Below, one piece after another: positions 11,480-21,259 of a DNA stretch of 64,000 bases (within the stretch, counting starts at the first letter, position 1; each line of letters begins with the position of its first letter). Origin of the DNA: Anderseniella sp. Lineage in GTDB: Bacteria; Pseudomonadota; Alphaproteobacteria; Rhizobiales; Aestuariivirgaceae. A program made the translations under genes and the position numbers. The stretch covers positions 42,562 to 106,561 of the forward strand of contig JANQOK010000020.1 in NCBI GenBank assembly GCA_028289645.1, in the 5' to 3' direction. Below the pieces are notes generated by a model. The model made no database searches. It was not told where the DNA came from and worked only from the letters and a program-made list of their open reading frames with translations.

Positions 11480-12093
11480 CTGGGCATCTGCAGAATTCAA
11501 CTGCTCAGCACATCCGCAGCTGGATCGTCTTGATGTTTGCGGCACTGGTAATGACAGTTTTCGCCGGCAATGCCGGAGCGCAATCAGACAGTGCCACTGA
11601 ACTGGCTCCGGTTCCGGAGTGTTCCAACAACAAGGGTGAGGCGGTTCAGTTCAGCAATACCGACCGGGGGCGTCCCGGTCTGGCAGCAGGTATGGCCATC
11701 CGGGACAAAAGCGGGACACCCGTGGTGTTTCGATCCAACTTTGCTGCGGCGCCGCGCGAGTTTCAGCAATTCATCGACCGGCATGAATGCGCCCATCACC
11801 AGACCGGGGATGTTGACCGCCCGCATCCGCCGCGCAACGGGCCCGAACACCTGATGAACGAGGCCATCAGCGACTGCGTGGCCATCCGCCGCCTGCGCGA
11901 TGAAGAAGGCTTTGGCCGGGAGGCCTTCGACAAGGTAACCGCAGCCCTGCGTACCGACATGGCGAAGATCGGGTTTCCAGAGAGCAGCATCGCCAGCCGG
12001 ATCCGCAATATTGCTGGCTGTTTCGAAAACCCGGCCTCAGCTGGTGATCTGATCAGGCAGGTTTTGCAGGAGAGGGGACTGCCGGTGCAGTAA
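11476..12093 (+). CDS. Secreted HExxH putative zinc metallopeptidase-fold protein
   Basis: ATGA overlap with the upstream stop; signal peptide ending AGA-Q; HECAH plus downstream EAISDC. Confidence 0.7.
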   Translation: MTGHLQNSTAQHIRSWIVLMFAALVMTVFAGNAGAQSDSATELAPVPECSNNKGEAVQFSNTDRGRPGLAAGMAIRDKSGTPVVFRSNFAAAPREFQQFIDRHECAHHQTGDVDRPHPPRNGPEHLMNEAISDCVAIRRLRDEEGFGREAFDKVTAALRTDMAKIGFPESSIASRIRNIAGCFENPASAGDLIRQVLQERGLPVQ

Positions 12094-12145
12094 AGGTCCA
12101 CCTCTGTTTGCCCAAATGGTGATCGTCTCCCATTTGTGCGGCCAT

Positions 12146-13468
12146 TCAGCTCCTGACAAAGTGCAACCGGTCGAACTGCCGCCTGAAGGTGGCCACCTCG
12201 CTGGCCAGCGAAGTTGGATCGTTGGTGGTCAATGCGCGGGCGATCAGTCCAGCCAATTTCGTCGCATGATCCGGCGTGACGCCCCAGCGCACCAGCTCCG
12301 GCGTGCCGATGCGCAGGCCGTTCATATCGCCCGCCACATCTTCACCTGGCAGGCCGATGCCACAGGCAAGAAAACCTGCCTGGCGCAGTTTTTTCGACGC
12401 CGCTTGGCCGCCGCCGAAACCGGCCGCTTCAATGGCAAACTGGTGTGACTGTGTGAACCCGAACGATTTGCCATGCACCGGCAGGCCATTGGCGTCGAGG
12501 GCTTGGGCCAGTGCCAGGGCCAGTTCGACCATGGCGGCGGCGTAGGCAGTACCATGCTCACGCCAGTCCAGCATGGTGACGGCCAGGGCGGCGGACTTGG
12601 CCGCATCGAAGTTGGCGGTCATGCCGGGAAAAGCAATATGATCGAGCCGTTCAGCGATGCCGGCATCGTTGCTGACGATGAGCCCGCCGGCCGGACCGCC
12701 GAGGCTCTTGTAGGTGCTCATGGTCATCATGTGCGCACCTTGTGCCAGCGGGTTGGGCCAGGCCTTGCCGGCAATAATGCCGCATTGGTGCGCCGCATCG
12801 AACAGCACCTTGGCGCCAACATCGTCGGCAATCTCACGTACCTCGGCCACCGGATGCGGCAGGAGGTTGAGGCTGCCACCGATGGTGATGAGTTTGGGGC
12901 GAACCTTGCCTGCAAGTGTCCGCAAGCCGTCCACATCAATTGTATAGCCGTCGGCCCTGATCGGCGCCTGATGAATGTCGAGGCCATAAAGGCCTGCACA
13001 TCCGGCGTCGTGATGGGTGACATGACCGCCGATGGAGGCGGGTGGGACGATCACCGCATTGCCAGGGCTGGTCAGGGCCATGAACCCGTAAAGGTTGGCC
13101 ATGGCGCCGGACGCCACGCGAATTTCCGCATACCGGGCGCTGAAAATCTCCGCACACAACTCGGCGGTGATGACTTCAATTTCCTGGATGGCCTCCAGGC
13201 CCATCTCGTACTTGTCACCCGGATACCCGAGTGAGGGGCGCGAGCCCAGTCCGGCCGACAGCATGGCCTCGGCGCGCGGGTTCATCACATTGGTGGCCGG
13301 GTTGAGATTGAAGCAGTCACGCTCGTGGATGGTCCTGTTGAGATCAACCAGTTGATCGAGCCGGGCATCAATCTGTGCGCTGGATGCCTGCGCAGTGTCC
13401 TCGGCAATGCGCTGCACCAGTGTCTCGCAAGGGGCAGGGACCCAGGGTCTTGTAGTGAGGGATGTCAT
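12146..13468 (-). CDS. SHMT-fold PLP enzyme (annotation-level serine hydroxymethyltransferase; non-canonical active site)
   Basis: GYPG, GGHVTH, DAAH, STYKSLGGPAGG, GLRIGTP; AAGGAG RBS before ATG 13468. Confidence 0.85.
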   Translation of the reverse strand: MTSLTTRPWVPAPCETLVQRIAEDTAQASSAQIDARLDQLVDLNRTIHERDCFNLNPATNVMNPRAEAMLSAGLGSRPSLGYPGDKYEMGLEAIQEIEVITAELCAEIFSARYAEIRVASGAMANLYGFMALTSPGNAVIVPPASIGGHVTHHDAGCAGLYGLDIHQAPIRADGYTIDVDGLRTLAGKVRPKLITIGGSLNLLPHPVAEVREIADDVGAKVLFDAAHQCGIIAGKAWPNPLAQGAHMMTMSTYKSLGGPAGGLIVSNDAGIAERLDHIAFPGMTANFDAAKSAALAVTMLDWREHGTAYAAAMVELALALAQALDANGLPVHGKSFGFTQSHQFAIEAAGFGGGQAASKKLRQAGFLACGIGLPGEDVAGDMNGLRIGTPELVRWGVTPDHATKLAGLIARALTTNDPTSLASEVATFRRQFDRLHFVRS

Positions 13469-13581
13469 CGCGGGCTCCTTTGCCGACAAAGCGTACGTAT
13501 CGCTGTCCCACCAGATCAGCAGTCGGGCTTGCAGGCAAATCAGTTTTGCGAAATATTAGGGTTAGAAAAATTGAGGCTAAT

Positions 13582-14448
13582 ATGGCTGTTGCACCTCCGC
13601 GACCGAAAGACATTCCGCTGAACGCCTTGCGGGCGTTTGAAGCTGCCGCCCGGCTTGGCGGTTTTGCCGCAGCCGCGCAGGAACTGGGCGTGACGCCGGG
13701 AGCCATAACCGCGCACGTAAAGACACTGGAGGCGGCGCTCGGCGCGGCCCTGTTTGAACGCACACCGCGCGGTGTGCAACTGAACGGTCTGGGGCGCAAG
13801 GTGTTGCCCTCTTTCACCGAGGCGTTCGACGGGCTCGGTCTGGCTGTCCAGACTCTGCGCAATGAAGCAGCCCCGAGCACTGTTCACATCGCTGCCCTGC
13901 CGTCGCTGGCGCAATTGTGGCTGTCACCGCGCCTGCCGGCCCTGCGGGCAGCGGCACCTGACATATCGATCTCGATAACGGCAATGGAAGCACCGCCCAA
14001 CCTCAAGCGCACGCCCTACGATCTAAGCCTGTTTTTCAGCAACGATAGCGGCGGCGCACTGTCCCGTGACGTGATCTTTCCCGTCTGCTCGCCGGGCCTG
14101 GCCGCGCGGCTCAGGTCGCCGCAGGACCTGTCGCAAGTGTCATTGCTGTCTGATTCAACCTGGGCCAACGACTGGGCCATATGGTCTGCTGCAGCAGGCT
14201 GCGAGTGCACGCCACGTGGACCGGTGTTCTCACTGTACACTCTGGCCGTCGAGGAGACTGTCAACGGCGCTGGCGTGCTGATGGGGCACGAAGCATTGGT
14301 CGCGTTGCACCTGGCGAGCGGCGAACTGGTGGCGCCTTTTGATCTCAAGGTTGAAATGGACAGGTCCCTCAGCCTGTGGTCGCAGCGGCATTTCAGGTCG
14401 GGCAGCGCGGCTGACAGGGTGATGCAGTGGCTGCGGGAAAACAACTGA
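13582..14448 (+). CDS. LysR family regulator, GcvA subfamily
   Basis: PLNALRAFEAAAR..F..AA.EL.VTP.A HTH; divergent from the SHMT-like gene. Confidence 0.93.
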   Translation: MAVAPPRPKDIPLNALRAFEAAARLGGFAAAAQELGVTPGAITAHVKTLEAALGAALFERTPRGVQLNGLGRKVLPSFTEAFDGLGLAVQTLRNEAAPSTVHIAALPSLAQLWLSPRLPALRAAAPDISISITAMEAPPNLKRTPYDLSLFFSNDSGGALSRDVIFPVCSPGLAARLRSPQDLSQVSLLSDSTWANDWAIWSAAAGCECTPRGPVFSLYTLAVEETVNGAGVLMGHEALVALHLASGELVAPFDLKVEMDRSLSLWSQRHFRSGSAADRVMQWLRENN

Positions 14449-14463
14449 CGCCCGAAGAGCAGG

Positions 14464-15453
14464 CTAGTTGCGTGAGCGCCACATGCCCTTGCCGGCCAGC
14501 GGGCGGTCTCTGACGACGGCCTCGCGCCGCAACACGTAAACCCCGGATGCAATGATCATCAGGGCGCCAATAAGCGTCGTGGATTTCGGCACTTCGCCCC
14601 ACAGCAGGAACGACAGGATGGTCGCCCACAGCATCGAGGTGTACTCGAATGGCGCGACGGTGGGCGCATTGCCGATACGGTAGGCGGTCGCCAGCAGCCA
14701 GAACCCCAGGGCGGAGATGAACCCGATCACCACGATCAACACCAGTTCAATCCCGGTCGGCATGTGCCATGGCAGCAGCAGGAATTTCATTGTGCCGTCC
14801 AGGCCGGCCGAAGGCTCGATATTGGCCAGCAGCACACCGATCGCGCCACCGCAGTAGAAAAACGTGATCATCATGTAGAACGCCATCACCGAGCCTGATT
14901 CCGTGATCCCCATCTTGCGGCCGAGCAGCGCCGAAATCGAGTAGCAGAAAGCCGCCAGAATAGGCAGGATGGCCGCCGCCTGAAAGGTGTCCGCACCGGG
15001 CTGGATGATCACCATGGCACCGGCAAACCCGAACAGTATGCCGGCCCATCTGCGCCAGCCCACCCGCTCTCCGAGTATCGGAACGGCAAGTGCAGTGATG
15101 AACAGTGGCGCGGTGAACCAGATCGCCACCACCGCTGTCAGCGGCATCGTCGGAAGCGCCAGATAATAGAAGAAAAACGCGCCGAATCCGATAAACGAGC
15201 GCAGCGCGTGCATGATCGGGTGTCTTGTCGCCAGCGTTCCCAGGCCGGATTCGTAGTGCACGATCATGAACATCAGGGGCAGGGCGATGATGGCGCGGAC
15301 AAACACGATCTGGTGCGCCGGATACCGGTCCGACAACTGTTTTACGATCACATCCTGAAACGAGAAGATGAATATCCCGGCACACAGGAACAGAACTGCA
15401 CGAGCCGTATCGCTCATGCCGGACAGTCGGAAATTGCCGGTGGGAACGCTCAT
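14464..15453 (-). CDS. DMT/EamA family transporter
   Basis: About 10 TM segments; GERVGWRRW and APFEYTSMLWA motifs; alternative start at 15417. Confidence 0.9.
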   Translation of the reverse strand: MSVPTGNFRLSGMSDTARAVLFLCAGIFIFSFQDVIVKQLSDRYPAHQIVFVRAIIALPLMFMIVHYESGLGTLATRHPIMHALRSFIGFGAFFFYYLALPTMPLTAVVAIWFTAPLFITALAVPILGERVGWRRWAGILFGFAGAMVIIQPGADTFQAAAILPILAAFCYSISALLGRKMGITESGSVMAFYMMITFFYCGGAIGVLLANIEPSAGLDGTMKFLLLPWHMPTGIELVLIVVIGFISALGFWLLATAYRIGNAPTVAPFEYTSMLWATILSFLLWGEVPKSTTLIGALMIIASGVYVLRREAVVRDRPLAGKGMWRSRN

Positions 15454-15610
15454 CGTGACAATTCGCTTTCCTTACCAAGTCGGGTCACGAACGAAGCGGT
15501 GACCGGTTCATGATAAGCAGAAGCGTGTCACGCCCGCATCGGGAGTGTCTCGCTCAAAAACGCCAAGCCGAATGTCGCGAAATGACAATCAGTCGGGCTG
15601 CACACCGCGT

Positions 15611-15979
15611 CTATTTCAGCCTGGCAACACCGAGCGGCACCGAGTATTTCCTGCACCAGATAACCACTTGCTTGGCGGCTTTGGTTGCTGCGGTGGCTCG
15701 CACCGAATAGGTGCCTGAGCCCTTGTTTTTTGCCAGAATGCCGGCGGTGCCGCCTTTGACCGGACGTGACCCGTTGCCCAGCGTCACGTACGGGTCCGGC
15801 GCGCCATCGAGGCTGAAATTTGACCCCAGCCTGATCACCATCTTGCCGCCCCGTTGCGTAACCGTTACCGATCCGGACGTCTTGTGGCCCGAAGCGCCCT
15901 TGAAGGTGCCGCCGGCGGCCATAGAGGGAACTGCCGTTGCGATGAGCAGGGCGGCGGCGAGTGCAGGTGCTCTCAACAT
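15611..15979 (-). CDS. Secreted DM13 domain protein
   Basis: Signal peptide; GTF.G..GH...G.V, GAPDPYV.L, V.IWC.KYSV.LG.A.L. Confidence 0.8.
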   Translation of the reverse strand: MLRAPALAAALLIATAVPSMAAGGTFKGASGHKTSGSVTVTQRGGKMVIRLGSNFSLDGAPDPYVTLGNGSRPVKGGTAGILAKNKGSGTYSVRATAATKAAKQVVIWCRKYSVPLGVARLK

Positions 15980-16076
15980 GGGAAAACCTCCGATCTGGTT
16001 TCGTGGGCAGCAAATTTATGGTGCCAGCCGCGTCACGTGCAAATCACATGGCAGTGTGAGGCCGGTGATGATGCCG

Positions 16077-16865
16077 TCAGGCCCGGGCCTTCATCCGCAT
16101 CTTGATCGGTCCGTCGGCGCGGCCGTTGACCAATTGCAGCACATAAGGGTTTCCGGATGCATCGATGTCCGCAACCGCGCCACTCCATACAATCCTGCCT
16201 TCATGCAGCATGAACATGAAATCATACTCGCTGCGCGCCGCATCCATGTCGCTGGTGATGGCAAACACGGTGGCATGGCTGTCCTCGATGGAGCGGTCGA
16301 GCAGCCGGTAGATTGCCTTGGTGGTAATCGGATCGAGGCCCGCGGTTGGTTCATCAAGCAGCATCAGCGATGGCTGACTGGCCAGCACCCGGGCGATGCC
16401 GACGCGCTTCTGCATGCCGCCCGACAGTTCGGACGGCAACAGGTCCGCGGTGCCTGAAGGCAGGTTGACCCGGGCCAGTTTTTCAATGGCCAGTTCACGC
16501 GCTTCCTTGCGGCTCATGCCCTCATTGTTGATCAGCCGGAACGAGATGTTTTCCCAAACCCGGAGGCTGTCGAACAGGCCGCCCTGCTGGAACAGCACAC
16601 CGGTGTCGGCAAGCAGTTCATTGCGTTCGCGCGGAGTGATTCCCGTCACCGGCCGGCCGTCCAGCCTGATGGCCCCTCTGGTCGGCGCGTGAATACCGGC
16701 CACACATTTCATCAACACGGTTTTTCCGGATGCCGCGGGCCCGATCAGCACCGTCTTGCGCCCGGCCGGAATCTCCATGCTGATGTCATGCAGCACTTTT
16801 GCGCCGCCGAACGACATGTTTACGCCGGCAATGGACAGTTTTACGTTAGGGGTGCTGGTCGTCAT
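16077..16865 (-). CDS. ABC transporter ATP-binding protein, MlaF/Ttg2A-like
   Basis: Walker A GPAASGKT, LFQQGGLFDSL.VWENI, LSGGMQKRV, LLDEPTAGLDPI. Confidence 0.9.
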   Translation of the reverse strand: MTTSTPNVKLSIAGVNMSFGGAKVLHDISMEIPAGRKTVLIGPAASGKTVLMKCVAGIHAPTRGAIRLDGRPVTGITPRERNELLADTGVLFQQGGLFDSLRVWENISFRLINNEGMSRKEARELAIEKLARVNLPSGTADLLPSELSGGMQKRVGIARVLASQPSLMLLDEPTAGLDPITTKAIYRLLDRSIEDSHATVFAITSDMDAARSEYDFMFMLHEGRIVWSGAVADIDASGNPYVLQLVNGRADGPIKMRMKARA

Positions 16866-17025
16866 GGAGCGGGTTCGCTGTGGTGAGCAAAGGAATTTGA
16901 ATATGCCCTTGTACAGCGTGCCTCAGGTTTTCTCAATCGCTCTGGACTTGCGCCTAGCGAATAGGCCATAACGGGGCAGCAATTCACGTTTCAGGACTGC
17001 CCTTTGCGCAGCTCGGGTTTCTGGC

Positions 17026-17427
17026 ATGAAAAACTTACTACTGCAGTTGTTTACCTGGTGGAACGGCCAGACCATGGGCACGCGCTGGTTTACCGCGCGC
17101 CATGGTGAGAAGGTCGGCACCGATGAATTCGGCAATACCTATTATCGTGCGCCATCGAAATTGCCGGCCTCGATTCCCGAGCGCCGCTGGGTGATCTATG
17201 CCAACTACGCTGAAGCATCGATGATCCCGCCGGGATGGCATGGCTGGATGCATCACCGCACCGACACCCCGCCCAGCGAGACGGACTATGAAGCGCGCGA
17301 ATGGCAGAAACCGCATCATCCCAACCTGACCGGTTCGTCGAAGGCCTACCGGCCGGCCGGCAGCCTGCTCGGAGCAACACCAAAGCAGCCGGCAAAACCG
17401 GATTACGATGCGTGGCAGCCCGAATAG
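17026..17427 (+). CDS. NADH:ubiquinone oxidoreductase subunit NDUFA12 family protein
   Basis: G..VGTDEFGN.YY, RRWVIY, IPPGWHGWMHH, PNLTG. Confidence 0.92.
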   Translation: MKNLLLQLFTWWNGQTMGTRWFTARHGEKVGTDEFGNTYYRAPSKLPASIPERRWVIYANYAEASMIPPGWHGWMHHRTDTPPSETDYEAREWQKPHHPNLTGSSKAYRPAGSLLGATPKQPAKPDYDAWQPE

Positions 17428-17482
17428 GAGCTGCATTCGAAACAGTTCACACCACGGGTATTGAGGCAGGAGCACCCCGGAT

Positions 17483-17974
17483 ATGAAAAATTCCATGACG
17501 GAGACGGCTGTCGGCGCCTTTGTTGTCGCCATTGCAGTCGGATTTTTCGGTTTCATGTACTTCGTGGGCGGGCTTGGCGGGCCTGGCAATGGCTACAGTG
17601 TCAAGGCGTCGTTCGGATCGGTAGACGGGATTTCGGTTGGGACCGATGTCCGCATGGCCGGCATCAAGATCGGCTCGGTGACGGCGCAGGACCTTGATCG
17701 TGAAACCTATCGCGCCAATCTCGAACTGGCGGTTGATTCGACTGTCAAGCTGCCGGAGGACACCACCGCAAAAATCGCTTCCGAAGGTTTGCTCGGTGGG
17801 AAGTTCATTTCCCTGGAACCGGGCGGCAGCGAGACCCTGATCGCCAGCGGTGGCGAGATTGAGTTCACCCAGGACGCCATAGACCTGTTCGGGCTGGTGT
17901 CGCAGTTCGTGCTCGGGTCGAACAAGTCGGATGACAGCAAATCTGAAGGCGACTCGACGCAGTCCAGCCAATGA
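17483..17974 (+). CDS. mlaD: MCE/MlaD family lipid asymmetry protein
   Basis: ETAVG N-terminal TM; G.DVRMAGIKIGSV, GLLGGKFISLEPGG. Confidence 0.88.
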   Translation: MKNSMTETAVGAFVVAIAVGFFGFMYFVGGLGGPGNGYSVKASFGSVDGISVGTDVRMAGIKIGSVTAQDLDRETYRANLELAVDSTVKLPEDTTAKIASEGLLGGKFISLEPGGSETLIASGGEIEFTQDAIDLFGLVSQFVLGSNKSDDSKSEGDSTQSSQ

Positions 17975-18735
17975 ACTTCAACACATCCTCCTCAAAGCAG
18001 ACATGGTCTGCCGATGCCTATTCGAAACACGGCCGGTTCGTGGCCGATCTGGCGGGAGCGGTTTACGAGTGGCTTGCGCCGCAAGCGGGTGAAAGGATAC
18101 TCGACCTTGGCTGCGGCGACGGTGCGCTGACGCAGAAGCTGGTTGATGCGGGCTGTGACGTGCTTGGTGTCGACATGAGCGACGACCTGCTGGCAGCGGC
18201 ACGCGAGCGCGGTCTTAAAGTTGTCAATTGCGATGGTCACAGTCTCGATTTTCCCGCCGAGTTCGATGCTGTGTTCTCCAATGCGGCACTGCACTGGATG
18301 AGCCGCCCGGAACAGGTCATAGACGGTGTCTGGCGAGCACTGAAGCCGGGCGGCCGGTTTGTCGCGGAGTTCGGCGGACATGGCAATGTTGCAGCCATCG
18401 TGACCGCAATGCGGGCTGTCAGTGCCCACAGGGGAGGCGAAGAGAGTCTCGCCGGTCCATGGTTCTTTCCGTCTCCGGAAGTCTATGCCGACATGCTTGA
18501 AAGTGCTGGGTTCGAGGTGCGCCGGATCGGGCTGTACCCGCGCCCGACGCCATTGAAGTCCGGCATGAAAGAATGGCTCAAACTGTTCCGCAAGCCGTTT
18601 TTTGAACAGTTCGGCAATGAAACGGACACAGTTCTGGAGGAGGTTGAGCAGTTGTTGCGGCCCAGCCTTTGCGACGCACGCGGCAACTGGACGGCAGATT
18701 ATGTGCGTATTCGCGTGGAGGCGGTGAAGCCTTAA
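17971..18735 (+). CDS. Class I SAM-dependent methyltransferase
   Basis: ILDLGCGDG, FDAVFSNAALHW, LKPGGRFVAEFGG; ATGA overlap with mlaD. Confidence 0.9.
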   Translation: MNFNTSSSKQTWSADAYSKHGRFVADLAGAVYEWLAPQAGERILDLGCGDGALTQKLVDAGCDVLGVDMSDDLLAAARERGLKVVNCDGHSLDFPAEFDAVFSNAALHWMSRPEQVIDGVWRALKPGGRFVAEFGGHGNVAAIVTAMRAVSAHRGGEESLAGPWFFPSPEVYADMLESAGFEVRRIGLYPRPTPLKSGMKEWLKLFRKPFFEQFGNETDTVLEEVEQLLRPSLCDARGNWTADYVRIRVEAVKP

Positions 18736-19217
18736 TGAAACTGTCGAGGGTATCGCTTGTGTCAGGTCTGATGGTGGCTGGCGCTCTGGCGCTCGTGCCG
18801 GAACCTTCGCGTGCGCAGGCCCTGCAAAATCCGTTGGCGGTGTTTGCCGGGCTCGACAAGATCACCGGCCGCATCACCACGTTCGAAATTCCGGTGAATG
18901 AAGTGCGCAGGTTCGGCGCGCTGAACGTGTATCCGCGCATCTGTAACTCCAGGCCGCCGACTGAAGAGCCGAAAACAACGTCTTTTGTACAGGTCGACGA
19001 GAATCTGTTGAGCGGCGGCACGCGAAGGATCTTCTCGGGATGGATGCTGGCTGAAAGTCCAGGCCTCAATGCTGTCGAGCACCCGGTTTACGATGTGTGG
19101 CTGATCGGATGCCGCGATCCCAACCGTAAGAGCGTTGATGAGGAGCAGACCGGCATTCCGCCGGCACAGACCGGGCCTGCCGACACGCAGCAACAGGAAA
19201 CTCAGCCTCAGGAGTGA
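18735..19217 (+). CDS. DUF2155 domain protein
   Basis: GLDKITGR, FGAL, IFSGWM.A.SP.LNA.EHPVYDVWL; TAATG overlap. Confidence 0.88.
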   Translation: MKLSRVSLVSGLMVAGALALVPEPSRAQALQNPLAVFAGLDKITGRITTFEIPVNEVRRFGALNVYPRICNSRPPTEEPKTTSFVQVDENLLSGGTRRIFSGWMLAESPGLNAVEHPVYDVWLIGCRDPNRKSVDEEQTGIPPAQTGPADTQQQETQPQE

Positions 19218-19348
19218 AGACTCAGCCAGCCGAACCTAGTTTTGCCACACATCCGCGCAATCTAGGCTTGGTGATGATTTCGAATATTGATTCTTGATTG
19301 TCAACAGCCCGGGGCATGAGATCGGGCGATACTGAGTCAGGCGGGAAC

Positions 19349-19750
19349 ATGATATTTGCTAAACGGCTGGTTTATCTGCTGTCAGGAGCGCTGGCGGCCA
19401 GTGTGATTTATGTGCCGCTGGCGACAATGCCGGCTCATTCGGCGAGTTGCTCGTCTTTGAAGAAAGAGTTTTCCAGAAAAATACGCCCTACGATTCTCCG
19501 GCTGGCAAAAAAGGAATTTCACCTGAGCAACTGGTATCATGCAACGCTGAAGAAGCAGCAATCGGGGGCTCATCCGACGCTTGCGGATATCAACAGAACC
19601 CACAAGGCCATGCTGGCCAATTGCGATTCCAGGTCAGACAGGAAGTCATGCCGCAAGTTTGCGTCGCAGATGACAGCCGCCTCACGGCGCATCTTCAATG
19701 TCAACAAGCGCTGGAAAGCAGCGGGTTGCCCGGGTCAGTTGAACCGATGA
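19349..19750 (+). CDS. Secreted basic helical hypothetical protein with four Cys
   Basis: Signal peptide ending AHS-A; Cys pattern C...C-x8-C...GC; Lys/Arg-rich. Confidence 0.65.
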   Translation: MIFAKRLVYLLSGALAASVIYVPLATMPAHSASCSSLKKEFSRKIRPTILRLAKKEFHLSNWYHATLKKQQSGAHPTLADINRTHKAMLANCDSRSDRKSCRKFASQMTAASRRIFNVNKRWKAAGCPGQLNR

Positions 19751-19756
19751 TATGAA

Positions 19757-20230
19757 CTACCCTTCCGGCGGATAGTGCATCGGAACACTGATTTCGGTCA
19801 CCGCGGGGCCTTTGACCGGAAAGGTCGCCTCATGATGCAGCGGGATGAAGCGAGGCGGTTTGTCGTAGTTTGAAACGCCTGCACCCTCGATCGGGTATTT
19901 CAGGAACTTGTGCCGCTCCAGAACCCCGTCATTGTTCTGATCGTGGCCGACGGAGATGGCATACTTGCCGTCCGGCACATTTTCAAACAGGAAGCTCACG
20001 GTTCCCTGGGCTGCGGGCACCTTGATCTGTCTGACATTGCTGCGGCCCTGTTCACAGCTCGGGAACCCCCAGCCGGAGCTCCACAGGCAGGCCAGAACCG
20101 TACCGCTGGCATTGCGGACACCGGTGACCGTCACGAACACGTCAGCCGCGAGCGCCGGCGTGGCCAGCACGAACGACCAGAAAGCAACAGCGATGCAGCG
20201 CAGTGACCGGGAGCAGGGGAGTTTGAACAT
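19757..20230 (-). CDS. DUF2141 domain secreted protein
   Basis: V.VTGVR...G.V...L, F..VP.G.YAISV.HD.N.DG, P.EG.G.SN. Confidence 0.85.
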   Translation of the reverse strand: MFKLPCSRSLRCIAVAFWSFVLATPALAADVFVTVTGVRNASGTVLACLWSSGWGFPSCEQGRSNVRQIKVPAAQGTVSFLFENVPDGKYAISVGHDQNNDGVLERHKFLKYPIEGAGVSNYDKPPRFIPLHHEATFPVKGPAVTEISVPMHYPPEG

Positions 20231-20346
20231 GATGAGTAACACCGTAACTGGTTGGTTCCAATCTAGTATAGCAGCCCGCTTGTGTTTGTTGAGTACAATG
20301 TGAGGGCAAAGTTCAGTGTTTTTGAGCTTGCAAAAGTGTGATGATC

Positions 20347-21036
20347 TTATGTGTCGTCATGATGGCCGGATTTGGCCGATGCCAGAACCGCCTGGGGATT
20401 GTCGTCATCTTCAAAGGCGGTAAAATCGGCCTGCGCCAGCAATGCGTCATCGAGAAGTCTGCGATAGTCGTCACGCAGCACCTCCTCACAACCGAAGGTC
20501 TTAAGGTGGTCGGTGACAAACTGGGTGTCCAGCAGGCGAAAGCCGCCGGCCTTCAGCCGGGCCACCAGGTGCACCATCGCCACTTTGGATGCGTCGCGCC
20601 GGGCGGAAAACATGCTTTCGCCGAAAAAAACCGCGCCGATGCGCACGCCGTAAAGCCCGCCAACCAGCGTGCCTTCATGATCGCGGCATTCAACCGAATG
20701 ACAGCACCCCATGGCATGCAGCTGGTTGTACAGCGCGGAGATTCTTGCGTTGATCCAGGTCGAGGGCCGTTCGACCACCGCATGCTCACCGGCGCTGCCG
20801 GGCTGGCCCGAACAGGCCCTGATGACGCCGTCGAAATCGGTATCCACCGTGACCCGGAACTGCCGCGAGCGGATGCGTCGGGCCAGGGAACGTGAGACGT
20901 GGAACCGGTCGAGCGGGATGACGCCACGCACTTCCGGTTCGACCCAGTAAAGCGCACTGTCACTGGCGCTTTCTGCCATCGGAAAGATGCCGGCAGTGTA
21001 AGCTTTCAGCAAAACTTGCGGTGTGATCGTCGACAT
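20347..21036 (-). CDS. aat: Leucyl/phenylalanyl-tRNA--protein transferase
   Basis: [45 protein letters not shown]. Confidence 0.93.
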   Translation of the reverse strand: MSTITPQVLLKAYTAGIFPMAESASDSALYWVEPEVRGVIPLDRFHVSRSLARRIRSRQFRVTVDTDFDGVIRACSGQPGSAGEHAVVERPSTWINARISALYNQLHAMGCCHSVECRDHEGTLVGGLYGVRIGAVFFGESMFSARRDASKVAMVHLVARLKAGGFRLLDTQFVTDHLKTFGCEEVLRDDYRRLLDDALLAQADFTAFEDDDNPQAVLASAKSGHHDDT

Positions 21037-21259
21037 GGCTGACAGTGTTAACGGATTGCCGGTGTGACCGGCAAGTGAACAATTCCGGTGCGGACTGTCT
21101 GGGCCAGGTGAACCGGCTTGCCGGGCCACAGGTGAACCGGTTACACAATTGGGGGGGCCGGGCATTGCGGTCACCAGTCCACGCCAACCGGTGCCGCATG
21201 ACCCTGTTCTGCCTTGTTCAACGCTATCCTGCTCCGGGTCAAATACCAACAGGCGCTTC

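Noticed and set aside
12146-13468. Calling this gene glyA
   Set aside because: Key SHMT residues are substituted, so the symbol is withheld.
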